From the NCBI GenBank assembly GCA_026770705.1, contig JANJGN010000071.1:1054001-1118000 (forward strand): a stretch of 64,000 nt of DNA. The letters run 5' to 3'. The notes beneath the pieces were generated by a model. The model was not told the origin of the DNA, made no database searches, and saw nothing but the letters and a program-made list of their open reading frames with translations. This stretch comes from Isurus oxyrinchus (lineage: Eukaryota). Made by a program: the position numbers and the translations under genes. Positions 36,405-48,459 of this stretch are shown here, one piece after another; positions within the stretch are counted from its first letter, which is position 1, and each line of letters starts with the position of its first letter.

Positions 36405-37151
36405 GTGAGTGCACACAGACTTCAACATCACACACACAAACACACACACACATGCAAAAACACTCATGTGTAGACACAAACATGCACGCTTACACACAAA
36501 CATACGTTCAAACACATACACAGAAACACACACAAACTCAACTCACACATACAATCATTCATGCGCACACGTAGACACACGTATACACACACACTCCCTC
36601 AAGCACAGATGTACACACGCAGACCCACATACACACGCGTGCCCACACATGCGCAGACAGACACGCGCATACACACAAATACAAACTCACTTGTGCAGAA
36701 ATACACACACACACACAAGTGTGAGATCCCTCTCCTCTCTCAGTGCTGCACTGGAGTTTTGGTATCAGCTCTGATTCTGTGTTGAAGGAAGGTAAACTCC
36801 AGATCAGCAAGACCCTGAATTGGATGAGCAACTTCCTGAACGGAGAATTGTAGATTTACTCCTCAGTGCTCCATCGATCAAATACAATTCACGGGCTTTC
36901 AATCCCTTGGGGGCATCTTGAGAGTGTTAAAGGATGTTTGTTTCATTCTAGGTGGACAGCAACTCTGTTGGTGGGAGAATGCAACTGCAGTGTGACAGTT
37001 TACATAGGAAGTGCCCATTATAAATGTGACAGTATTCTTTCCTGCGGGAAGGTACCTGGAAATGCATTCCAACATCAGATACAGAGAGATGATGCATGGA
37101 GTCTTGCTGTGCACTGTGCTTGCTCACAGTAAAATCTTTATTTGTTTTTAG

Positions 37152-37433
37152 ATGCTCCACAGAATCTCTCAATTACTTCTCTTGATATGATTAATGCTTC
37201 GTCGATCAATATAATTGAGGGGAATTCTGCAGTGATAATCTGCTCTGTCGAGAGCTTCCCAGCTTCTAACCTGACGTGGCGACATCTTAATGTCCCAATG
37301 AACAGAACCAGTTCCAACAATGAGCTGTGGTTAGTGATTCCTCACGTTACATCCAGGGACACTGGAGACTATCAGTGTGTGGCAGAGAATGAACATGGAG
37401 CAGTGGAGGGGTTCATAACCATCACTGTGGAAT
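37152..37433 (+). CDS. Gene A C2 repeat exon 6
   Basis: 282 nt; same protein sequence as exon 3. Confidence 0.88.
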
Positions 37434-38175
37434 GTGAGTTAACGCAAACTTCAACATCACTCACACGCACACAGACACACACACACACACACACACACAG
37501 ACACATGTAGGCACACACATGCATAATTATACACACACAGTCATACACGTACAAACACATACACAGGAAAATACACACCCATCTCAAACACACACATATT
37601 CATGCCCACACATAGACACACACATGCACATACTCTCACTCATGGACAGACGTAGACACACAGACACACGCGCATGCACACACACAGATACATGTGTGCA
37701 TACACACACAAACACACTCACATGTGCAGTAACACAAACACACACATACACACGCGTGAGTTCTCAGTGCTGCACTGGAGTCTTAGTATGAGTTCCGATT
37801 CTGTGTTGAAGGAAGGTAAACTCCAGATCAACAAGACCCTGAATTGGATGAGCAACCTCCTGAACAGAGAATGGTAGACTTACCCCTCAGTGCTCCATCG
37901 ATCAAATACAATTCATTGCCTATCAAGCCCTTGGGGACATCCTGAGGATGTGAAAGCAAACTTCTTTCATTCTAGATGGGCAACACCTCTGCTGGTGGGA
38001 GAATGCAATTGCAGTGTGACAGTTTACATAGGCAGTGTCAATTATAAATGTGCCATAAGACCTTATCCTGAGGGAAGTTACCTGGAAATGCATTCAGACA
38101 TCAGACACAGAGACATGATGCATGGCGTCTTGTGCACTATGTTGCTCACGTTAAAATCTTTATATATATATATAG

Positions 38176-38457
38176 ATGCATCATTGAATCTCTCAATTAA
38201 TTCTCTTGATATGATTAACGCTTCATCAATCAATATAATTGAGGGGAATTCTGCAGTGATAATCTGCTCTGTCGAGAGCTTCCCAGCTTCTAACCTGACG
38301 TGGCGACATCTTAATGTCCCAATGAACAGAACAGGTTCCAACAATGAGCTGTGGTTGGTGATTCCTCACGTTACATCCAGGGACACTGGAGACTATCAGT
38401 GTGTGGCAGAGAATGAACATGGAGCAGTGGAGGGGTTCATAACCATCACTGTGGAAC
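38176..38457 (+). CDS. Gene A C2 repeat exon 7 (acceptor preceded by a (TA)n run)
   Basis: 282 nt; near-copy of exon 4. Confidence 0.8.
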
Positions 38458-38503
38458 GTGAGTTAATGCCAACTCAACATCTCTCTCATACACGCACACA
38501 CAC

Positions 38504-38539
<36 letters not shown>

Positions 38540-39270
38540 GCACACACACACACACACACTCATGTGTAGACACATACGTGCACATTTACACACACAGTCA
38601 TACACGTGCAAAAACAGACACAGAAACACACATACACTCAACTCACACGCACACACTCACACAGGCACACATATAGACATACACATGCACTCACGTTCAC
38701 TCATGCACAGACGTATACACAAAGACACACTCACATATGCGCAAACACATACACACACGCACACACAGACACATGCGTGCATACACACACAAACACACTC
38801 ACATGTGCAGAAACACAAACACACACATACACACGCATGAGGTCCCTCTCCTTTCTCAGGGCTGCACTGGAGTCTTGGTATCAGCTCCGATTCTGTGTTG
38901 AAGGAAGGTAAACTCCAGATCAACAAGACCCTGAATTGGATGGAGCAACCTCCTGAACAGAGAATTGTAGACTTACCCCTCAGAGCTCCATCGATCAAAT
39001 ACAATTCATTGCCTATCAAGCCCTTGGCAAAATCCTGAGGATGTGCAAGGAAGTTTCTTTCATTCTAGGTGAACAGCACCTCTACTGGTGGGAGAATGTA
39101 ACTGTAGTTTGACTGTTTACATAGGCAGTGCCCATTATAAATTTGACAGTGGAAGTTATATGGAGGGAAGGTATCTGGAAATGCATACAGACATCAGATA
39201 CAGAGAGATGATGTATGGAGTCTTGCTGTGCATGCTGCTTGCTCACATTAAAAACTTTATTTGTTTTTAG

Positions 39271-39552
39271 ATGCTCCACAGAATCTCTCAATTAATTCTC
39301 TTGATATGATTAATGCTTCATCGATCAATATAATTGAGGGGAATTCTGCAGTGATAATCTGCTCTGTCGAGAGCTTCCCAGCTTCTAACCTGACGTGGGG
39401 ACATCTTAATGTCCCAATGAACAGAACAAGTTCCAACAATGAGCTGTGGTTGGTGATTCCTCACGTTACATCCAGGGACACTGGAGACTATCAGTGTGTG
39501 GCAGAGAATGAACATGGAGCAGCGGAGGGATTCATAACCATCACTGTGGAAC
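39271..39552 (+). CDS. Gene A C2 repeat exon 8
   Basis: 282 nt, phase 1-1. Confidence 0.9.
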
Positions 39553-40529
39553 GTGAGTTAACACAAGCTTCAACATTACTCTCACATATACACAGACACA
39601 CTCATACACACACACACACACACACACGTGCACACAAACAAGCATTCATGTGCAATCCCACATGTCCACAGGTGTGTACGCCTGCATGCTCACACACAGA
39701 AGGAAACATACACAGAATCACACGTGTGCTTGCTCACACACACACACACAGACATGTGTGAGTTGTCTGTTCTCCCTGTGCTGCACTGGAGCGTTGCTCC
39801 AGATTCTGCTCTGAAACACTGACGACATCAGCTGAACAAGACCCTGTATTGGACGAGCAGCCCCCTGCACAGAGAATTGTAGGTTTATCACCCCATTATT
39901 CTAAAGCAATTCCTCCACTGTCAAATCTCCATAAATATCCTGATGATGTGAAAGACATTTTCTTTTCTTCTAGCCCGACAGTGTCTCCTCTGGTGGAAGG
40001 CTGTAATTACAGCGTGACAGTTTACATATCCACATGCAGCAAGAGCTGAACAACATTCAGCTTGGGCTGAGACAATTAATGCATCACAAGTACCAGGCAG
40101 TGATCATGTCCAACAAGAGAGAATCTAACCATCTCCCCTTGATGTTCAGTGAGTTTACTATCACAGAATCCCCCACAATCAACATCCTGGGGGATGTTAA
40201 CCAAACAACTAACTGGACCGGCCATAAATACTGTGGCTACAGGAGCCGGTCAGAGGCTGGGAATTCTGTGGGGGTGAAAAACTCACCACCACCTCCTCAA
40301 GGGCAATTAGGGATGGGTAATAAATGCTGGTCTAGATAGATACAGCCACTTCCCATGAATGTACAAAAAGAAAAACACCGGCAGTGACCATTATAAAAGT
40401 TGACATAGGAACTTAAAACAGGAAAGAACTCTTGAAATGCACATAGACACCAAATAGAGAGAGATGTATCATGGAGTCTTGCTGTGCACTGTGTTTGCTC
40501 ACAATGAAACCACCTTTATTTGTATCTAG

Positions 40530-40811
40530 ATGCACCACGGAACCCATCAATTACTTCTCTTGATATGATTAACGCTTCATCGATCAATATAATTGAGGGG
40601 AATTCTGCAGTGATAATCTGCTCTGTCGAGAGCTTCCCAGCTTCTAACCTGACGTGGCGACATCTTAATGTCCCAATGAACAGAACAAGTTCCAACAATG
40701 AGCTGTGGTTGGTGATTCCTCACGTTACATCCAGGGACACTGGAGACTATCAGTGTGTGGCAGAGAATGAACATGGAGCAGTGGAGGGGTTCATAACCAT
40801 CACTGTGGAAC
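40530..40811 (+). CDS. Gene A C2 repeat exon 9
   Basis: 282 nt, phase 1-1. Confidence 0.9.
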
Positions 40812-41568
40812 GTGAGTTACTGCAAACTTCAACTTCACTCACACACACACACACACACACATACACACACACACACACGTGTAGGCACACACATGCACAC
40901 TTATACACACACAGTCATACACGTGCAAACACATACAGAGGAATATATATACACAACTCACACACACACACACATTCATGCCCACACATAGACACACACA
41001 TGCACATTCACTCACTCTTGGACAGACATTGACACACAGACATGCGTGCATGCGCACACACAGATACATGTGTGCATACACACACAAGCACACTCACTTC
41101 TGCAGAAACACAAACACTCACACACTCTCACACATACACAAATATGAGTTCCCTCTCCCCTCTCAGGGTGCACTGGAGTCTCGGTATCAGCTCTGATTCT
41201 GTGTTGAACGAAGGTAAACTCCAGATCAACAAGTCCCTGAACTGGAGGAGCAACTTTCTGAACAGAGAATGGTAGATTTACCCCTCAGTGCTCCATCAAT
41301 CAAACATTGCCTGTCAAGCCCTTGGCGAAATCCTGAGAATATGAAAGCAAGCTTCTTTCATTCTAGAGTGACAACACCTCTACTGGTGGGAGAATGCAAT
41401 TGCAGTGTGACAGTTTACATAGGCAGTGTCCATTAAAAATGTGGCATAAGACCTTATCTTGAGGGAAGTTACCTGAAAATGCATTCAGACATCAGATACA
41501 GAGACATGATGCATGGAGTCTTGCTGTGCACTATGTTTGCTCACGTTAAAATCTTTATATGTTTTTAG

Positions 41569-41850
41569 ATGCATCACGGAATCTCTCAATCAATTCTCTT
41601 GATATGATTAACGCTTCATCGATCAATATGATTGAGGGGAATTCTGCAGTGATAATCTGCTCTGTCAAGAGCTTCCCAGCTTCTAACCTGACGTGGCGAC
41701 ATCTTAATATCCCAATGAACAGAACAAATTCCAACAATGAGCTGTGGTTGGTGATTCCTCACGTTACATCCAGGGACACTGGAGACTATCAGTGTGTGGC
41801 AGAGAATGAACATGGAGCAGTGGAGGGGTCCATAACCATCACTGTGGAAC
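41569..41850 (+). CDS. Gene A C2 repeat exon 10
   Basis: 282 nt, phase 1-1. Confidence 0.9.
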
Positions 41851-42515
41851 GTGAGTTACTGCAAACTTCAACATCACTCACACACACACACATACACACA
41901 CAGACACACACACACACACACGCACACACACACACACGCACACACATACACATAAACAGGTGCACGTAAACATGCGTTCATATTTAATCCCATGTCTGCA
42001 CAGGTGTGCACGCCTGTATGCTCACACACAGAAGCATACATACAGAATCACACGTGTGCTTGCTCACACACACACACAGACATGTGTGCGTTGTCTGTTC
42101 TCCCTGTGCTGCACTGGAGTGTTGCTGCAGATTCTGCTCTGAAACACTGACGACATCAGCTGAACAAGACCCTGTATTGGACGAGCAGCCCCCTGCACAG
42201 AGAATTGTAGGTTTATCACTCAATACCCCATTATTCTAAAGCAATTCCTCCACTGTCAAATCCCTGTGAACATCCTGATGATGTGAAAGACATTTTCTTT
42301 TCTTCTAGCCTGACAGTGTCTCCTCTGGTGGAAGGCTGTAATTACAGCGTGACAGTTTACATATCCACACGCAGCAAGAGCTGAGCAACACTCAGCTTGG
42401 GCTGAGAAATGACAATTAATGTTCATGCCACACAAGTACCAGGGAGAGCTGTTCCTTGTATTGACCCTTGGGATTGTTTATCCCAACCTGATAGGGCAGA
42501 GGGAGCCCAGGTTGT

Positions 42516-42582
42516 GACTATCAGTGTGTGGCAGAGAATGAACATGGAGCAGTGGAGGGGTTCATAACCATCACTGTGGAAT
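42516..42582 (+). pseudogene. 3' fragment of an additional C2 repeat exon
   Basis: DYQCVAENEHGAVEGFITITVE plus donor gtgagt; 5' part missing. Confidence 0.8.
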
Positions 42583-42596
42583 GTGAGTGTGGAGAT

Positions 42597-42850
42597 ACAT
42601 TTGTTTGTTTGTTGTCTCCGTGGTCTCCGTGGAGCCATTGGGATCGTGTTGTTTTTAATCCAGTTTTCTTCAATCCTCGCTCAGTCCACGTTATCCACAC
42701 ATCCAATTTTTCCTCTCCCTTTCTGTTTTTGCTCTCAGTTTCTCCTTCAATGGTTGTCAGGACAAGGCTGTCAGATCTTCGTTTCCAATCTCCATACTTG
42801 ACGACCTTTCTCTCTCTAACTGTCCTGAACAACCCTTTTAATTGCTGAAC
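42597..42850 (-). mobile_element. RTE-clade LINE 3' fragment
   Basis: LFRTVRERKVVKYGDWKRRSDSLVLTTIEGETESKNRKG resembles the RTE C-terminus (KRKLKYFGH...IEGKVEGKRRRGRP); (CAAA)n-like tail. Confidence 0.6.
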
Positions 42851-43401
42851 TTCTCATTCTTTAATTGATAAATATTATATATAAATGTTACATGGATTAC
42901 TTTGAAATGCAATACCTGTATTCATAAATTGCTTAGAAATGACTAAACATTCAACAGCCAATGAAGCATTATCGAAGTGAGCTCACTGTTGTAAAGGAGG
43001 AAACACAGGTACTGATTTGTACACAGCAAGATCCCACAAACCACCGTGTCTTAATGACCTGATAGGCGATTATTTCAATGAGGTTGGTTGTTTAATGTGT
43101 AGAGAGACTACATACCCTTTAGGGAGGGAAGCATGTCTCGATGTGGATGTGACTCCAGTCTCAGACACCAACATGGTTAACTCACACCTGCCCTGTGAAC
43201 TGGTCTCCCAGTTTGGGACAAACCAGTGGATCAGGAGGAAGACCCCCCACCACCTTCTCAAGGGGAAACTAGGGATGGACAATAAATGTCAGCATTGCCC
43301 GAGAATGAGTATTTAAACACTGAGTGAGTGTATCGCTTCTCGAGATACATCGGAGCATCATTGTAAACCTGTAGTGCAGTAATTAATGGCTGTTTTTACA
43401 G

Positions 43402-43498
43402 GTAGAGACTCCAGTAAAGGGACAGTAGGATTGTTCACAGCTGGGATCATGTTGAGTGTTTTCCTGGCTGGAATCTTCATCTTCATCTGTGTGAGAAA
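43402..43498 (+). CDS. Gene A transmembrane exon (RDSSKGTVGLFTAGIMLSVFLAGIFIFICVRK)
   Basis: Acceptor ttttacag; uncharged hydrophobic segment of about 22 aa; phase 1-2; donor gtaagt. Confidence 0.88.
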
Positions 43499-44192
43499 GT
43501 AAGTCTGAAGATTTAACTTGATTTTAATATAAACATTTGCTTCAATGTTCTTTCCTGAAGTCGGTGATTGTTTCCCTTGTGTTAAGCGCCAGATGCCTCT
43601 CCCTAACTGGTCTCTTTATCCGTTATGATCCAGAGAGTGTTTTTCATTGCCCGTTATCCAGATGAATAATAATCAGTTGCTGTGATCTGGAAGGTGCTGC
43701 CTGAAAGGGCGCTGGAAGCAGATTCAATAGGAACTTTCAAAAGGGGAATTGGATAAATACTTGAAGGGGGAACATTTGAAGGGCTATGGGGGGAAGAGCA
43801 GGGGTGGAGGGGGGGGTCAAAATATGGCGTGTTATTATAATGATATTATACCTTAGGCTTATTTACTGTATAAGACAGAAAACACCAATCACTCATAGGG
43901 GATTTGGTGAGAATGTTAATGATTTGTTTATCAAGAGTCGGCTCGAGAACAGTTATACATACGAAGAAAGCTTGAAGGCATCAGAGCTGTGAGTGTGTGT
44001 TCTGCTCAAAGCAAATGTCAAACTGAGATTGGATCACATGACACACTTCCATTATAGTGATGTCACGCTGATACCCCTTATTGGAACTAGAGACAGTCCA
44101 GTCGTTGGTGTAAGGTTACAGTGGGCTCTGTGTCTGTGCTGCACTGACTCTCTGCTATATGATAACCACAGTGTGATATTGTGTTATTGCAG

Positions 44193-44274
44193 GAGAAAGA
44201 CAGCAATGGAGGAGAGAGGTTCAGGGACCAATTACATTGCATTGACCCTCAGGTCACTCTCTGTGAAGCACCAG
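44193..44274 (+). CDS. Gene A cytoplasmic exon 1 (RKTAMEERGSGTNYIALTLRSLSVKHQ)
   Basis: Phase 2-0, in frame with the TM and terminal exons. Confidence 0.85.
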
Positions 44275-44487
44275 GTACAGGAACTGTTTACACTCACTCC
44301 AAAGCTTCAACCTCAGTGTGTACACAACACGTATACCAGATTCTCAGCCGGGTTACACACAGATATCGCCCTGTGAAGTCAGCAATGGCTCAGTGGTCAG
44401 CACTGTCTCTCGCTCCCTGCCTCTGTCTCCCTCCATCACTCGCTCTTTGACCAGAAACCTGAACACAATAATGACAAGGCACCTGAT

Positions 44488-45375
44488 GTCAGTACTGAGG
44501 GAGTGCTGCACTGTCAGAGGGTCAGTAGTGAGGGAGTGCTGCACTGTCGGAGTGTCAGTACTGAGGGAGTGCTGCACTGTCGGAGGGTCAGTACTGAGGG
44601 TGTGTTGCACTGTCAGAGGATCAGTACTGAGGGAGTGCTGCACTGTTGGAGGGTCAGTACTGAGGGAGTGTTGCACTGTCAGAGTGCCAGTACTAAGGGA
44701 GTGTTGCACTGTCAGAGGGTCAGTACTAAGGGAGTGCGGCACTGTCGGAGGGTCAGTACTGAGGGAGTGTTGCACTGTCAGAGGGTCAGTACTGAGGGAG
44801 TGCTGCACTGTCGGAGGGTCAGTACTGAGGGAGTGCTGCACTGTCAGAGGGTCAGTTACTGAGGGAGTGCTGGACAGTCGGTGGGTCAGTAATGAGGGAG
44901 TGCTGCACTGTCTGATGGTCAGTACTGATGGTGTGCTGGACGTTTGGAGTATCAGCACTGAGGCAGTGCTGCACTGTCAGAGGGTCAGTACTGAGGGAGT
45001 GCTGGACTGTCAGAGGGTCAGTACTGAGGGAGTGCTGCACTGTCAGAGGGTCAGTACTGAGGTAGTGCTGCACTGTCAAAGGGTCAGTACTGAGGGAGTA
45101 CTGCACTGTCGGAGGGTCTGTAGTGAGGGAGTGCTGCACTGTCAGAGGGTCAGTACTGAGGGAGTGCTGCACTGTCAGAGGATCAGTATTGAGGGAGTGC
45201 TGCACTGTCAGAGGGTCAGTATTGAGGGAGTGCCGCACTGTCAGAAGGTCAGTACTGAGGGAGTGCTGCACTGTCAGAGGGTCAGTGCTGAGGGAGTGCT
45301 GCACTGTCAGAGGGTCAGTTGTGAGGGAGTGCTGCACTGTCAGAGGGTCAGTAGTGAGGGAGTGCTGCACTGTTG
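44488..45375 (+). repeat. 33-bp SINE-derived minisatellite (~27 copies)
   Basis: Tandem cagtactgagggagtgctgcactgtcagagggt. Confidence 0.9.
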
Positions 45376-45562
45376 CAGTGCGATAGAGATTAAATTATTA
45401 AGAGAGAGAGAAAGCGAGATAGAAAGATGACAGAGAAAGAGAGTGAAAAAAAGGCTTAAACCCACTGAGACACGACTGACCCTAACCCGGCTGCAGAATA
45501 ATTTAACCCTATCAGTGCCAGTAAATGATGTGAGGATGTCTTCTGTTTCCATTTCTCTGTAG

Positions 45563-45811
45563 GGTAAACAGAACGTGCTGATTACTGAGCCCCAGAACAC
45601 AACCAGAGACACAACTAGTGAGGGGGAGACCCCAGCTCCCCGGGATCTCTCTGAAGGTCCAGTGGGAGGCGATGTTGGACATGGGAACCCCGACAATACC
45701 GACGACCTTCTCTACGCCAACATCAACTTTTCAAAGCTGCCCAGCGGTGACAGGACTGTGCACAGGAGCGAGGACACGGAATACACACAGATCAGGTTCC
45801 AGAAAAACTGA
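45563..45811 (+). CDS. Gene A terminal cytoplasmic exon with ITIM (LLYANI) and ITSM (TEYTQI)
   Basis: Acceptor ctctgtag, phase 0; DDLLYANINF...EDTEYTQIRFQKN*, the tail layout of CD33-related Siglecs. Confidence 0.9.
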   Translation, partial: GKQNVLITEPQNTTRDTTSEGETPAPRDLSEGPVGGDVGHGNPDNTDDLLYANINFSKLPSGDRTVHRSEDTEYTQIRFQKN

Positions 45812-45999
45812 GTGTGAAACAGGGAGCGGGGCTGTGGGGTGTGTGCAGCCAACATGGCCAAATAGTAATGAACAGAAATATGATGTTGCTCAACTTTTTT
45901 TATTGGTTCTGAGTGAGCTTTCTGAATGCTGCACCTTTTTCCATGCTGTAAAAGATTGTAAGAAGCTTATGGGTTATGTATAATTTTACATCTGTTAAT

Positions 46000-48070
46000 A
46001 CAAGGTGAGGTGAGAGTGACTGACCTTAACATTAAGGCTGCATTTGACCGAGTGTGGCCTCTGGGAGCCCGAGCATAACTGGAGTCATTGTGAATCAGGG
46101 GTGGTACGAAAGTATAATAATTTGCATAATATTTTCCTGGTTTGTTTTAAAGTAGGTTTATGGGTGTGAGTGTAGATGGGTCTGTCTGTGTAGTTTAATT
46201 ACATCTGGAGTCAGGTAGACTGCAAGTTTGAGATTATCAAAAGAAGCTAGATGTAGAAATGTACTTGAAATGCTAATGAGAACACATGGAGGCTGTGTTA
46301 GCATGTAAGGTGTGAAGGGGTTGTTTAGATTTCAAAGGGATGTTGGTCTGTTTAGGACAAGCCAATAAGCAAAGCTAAGGAGTTTTTTTTTAATTTTACC
46401 CAAACTTCATTGACAATATTGGCAACATGAAAGTTTATATTATGGGAAAGATACAGTTCCAAAGAATTTACACATCAAAGAGAGAGAAACATGTATAAAG
46501 GAGAATGAAAGGCTATGTTGGGGGCCATGTAAGATCTAACAGGAGTGTGTGAAACAGGCTTGAAGAAGCCTCCAGGCATTTGTGCATAAGTCTGTTATGT
46601 TCAGTAAATAAAGTTGGAGAAATCCATTTAGAATTCCACTGTCAAGTGTGTGCTGTGTTAACTCGCTGGGTTTGTTTTTAATCTAAAATTGTATTTTGGA
46701 CTGTTGCCTTAAACGGGCTCTGTAACTGGGAGTCAGGTTAATTAGGAATTTGAGAATTTATTTTAGTTGTAACTAACCGTGGTATTATGTCTGTGCTTGA
46801 AATCTTTTATTTTGTTAATAAATATCCTAATCAAATTTTTAAAATGTCTAAAGGTTGTGGTCAACTCATTACTCCAGAATTCAGTGCACGCATCTTGTAA
46901 TAAATACAAATTGCAAACTATTGTGATAGCATGACCAATTTTCCCTTGTGGATTTGGAGCACCAAGCACACATCATCTGCCATGTCATGTCACAGGGAAA
47001 ACTCTCCACTCGTTGGATTCATACCAAGTACAAAGGAAGGTGGTTGTGGTTGTTGGAGGTCAGTCATCTCAGTTCCAGGATATCACTGCAGGAGTTGCTC
47101 AGTGTAGTGTCCTAGGCCCAACCATCTTCAGCTGCTTCATCAATGACATTCATTCTATCAGATGGTCAGAATTATGGATGGTCACTGATGATTGCACAAC
47201 GTTCAACATCATTCATGACTCATCAGATGCTGAAGCAGTCCATGTCCAAATGCAGCAAGACCTGGACAATATCCAGGCTTGGCCTGACAAGTGGCAAGTA
47301 ACATTCATGCCACACAAGTGCCAGGCAATGACCATCTCCAACCAGAGAGAATATATCCATCTCCCCTTAATGTCCAATAGCATCACCATTGCTGAATCCC
47401 CCACTATCAACACTCTGGGGGTTATCATTGACTAGAAACTGAACTGGACTAGCCATATAAAAACTGTGACTATAAGAGCAGGCCAGAGCCTGGGAATCCT
47501 GTGGTGAGTAACTCGCCTACTGACTCCCCAAAGCCTGTCCACCAACCTCAAGGCACAGGTCAGGAGTGTGATGGAATACTCTCCACCTGTCTAGGTGAGT
47601 GCAGCTCTAACAACACTCAAGAAGCTCGACATCGTCCAGGACAAAGCAGCCCCGCTTGATTTGCACCCCATCCACAAACATTCTCTCCCTCCACAACTGA
47701 CGCACAGTGGCAGCAGTGTGTGTACCATCTACAAGATGCAACACAGGGAGTCACCAAGCCTCCTTAGACAGCACCTTCCAAACACATGATCACTACCATC
47801 TCGAAGGACAAGGGCAGCAGAAACATGGGAACACCACCACCTGGAAGTTCCCCTCCAAGTCACTCACCATCCTGACTTGGAAATATATCACCGTTCCTTC
47901 ACTGTCGCTGGGTCAGAATCCTGCAACTCCCTCCCAAACAGTTCTGTGGGTGTACATACACCACAGGGACTGCAGCAGCTCAAGAAGACAGCTCACCCCC
48001 ATATTCTCAAGGACAATTAGGGATGGGCAATAAATTCTGGCCTAGCCAGTGTCAGTGAATGAATACAAAA
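46000..48070 (+). mobile_element. CR1-like LINE 3' half, interrupted by an LTR
   Basis: IKAAFDRVW...GQSSQFQDITAGVAQCSVLGPTIFSCFIND...QQDLDNIQAW; 3' tail ggacaattagggatgggcaataaa. Confidence 0.85.
46102..46994 (+). mobile_element. Solo LTR nested in the LINE
   Basis: TG...CA termini, flanking gggg/ggga near-duplication, AATAAA at 46607 and 46817; reverse-complement similarity to 19732-20489. Confidence 0.7.
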
Positions 48071-48459
48071 AAGAAGCTATTAAAATGCCCTGACATTTCT
48101 GTACAGTTTTATCAAATTAAATACGTACTCTAGTGAATAATTTCATTCTCCAAGGCACCACTTCCTGTTGTCACATGCCCTTCTGATTATTTAAATTCCT
48201 GTGTCATTGGTAATGGAACATTCCCATGTAAACATGTCACACTGTAATTACAGCCTCCTGCCAGGGGTGGTGCTCTAGTGTCCTACCTTTGCTTCTCAGA
48301 GACTGGAGGAGCTGTATACTTTGTGTTTACAATATTAGTAGCACTCAGGCGTGACCAAGGATATTCTTTTGGCCAAGTTTACGATGTTGCTAAGATACAA
48401 TGGCCCCCTGGGATTATTCCTACTGCGTTACAAGGTTGAATTGAAGAGATTTTTGAAGT

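Noticed and set aside
32290-41850. RSS heptamer CACTGTG near the 3' end of each C2 exon, suggesting RAG-mediated rearrangement
   Set aside because: No nonamer at 12- or 23-bp spacing; the heptamer is explained by the Ile-Thr-Val codons.
31353-42240. His/Thr-rich and Cys/Val-rich ORF extensions
   Set aside because: Read-through past gtgagt donors into (CA)n introns.
44318-45430. 370-aa ORF and similar RECCTVRGSVL / TVQHSLSTDP ORFs
   Set aside because: Translations of the 33-bp minisatellite, open on both strands and located in introns.
26022-45811. Assigning a specific symbol (SIGLEC1, CD22, MAG or CD33)
   Set aside because: The architecture matches none of these exactly, and orthology needs a phylogeny.
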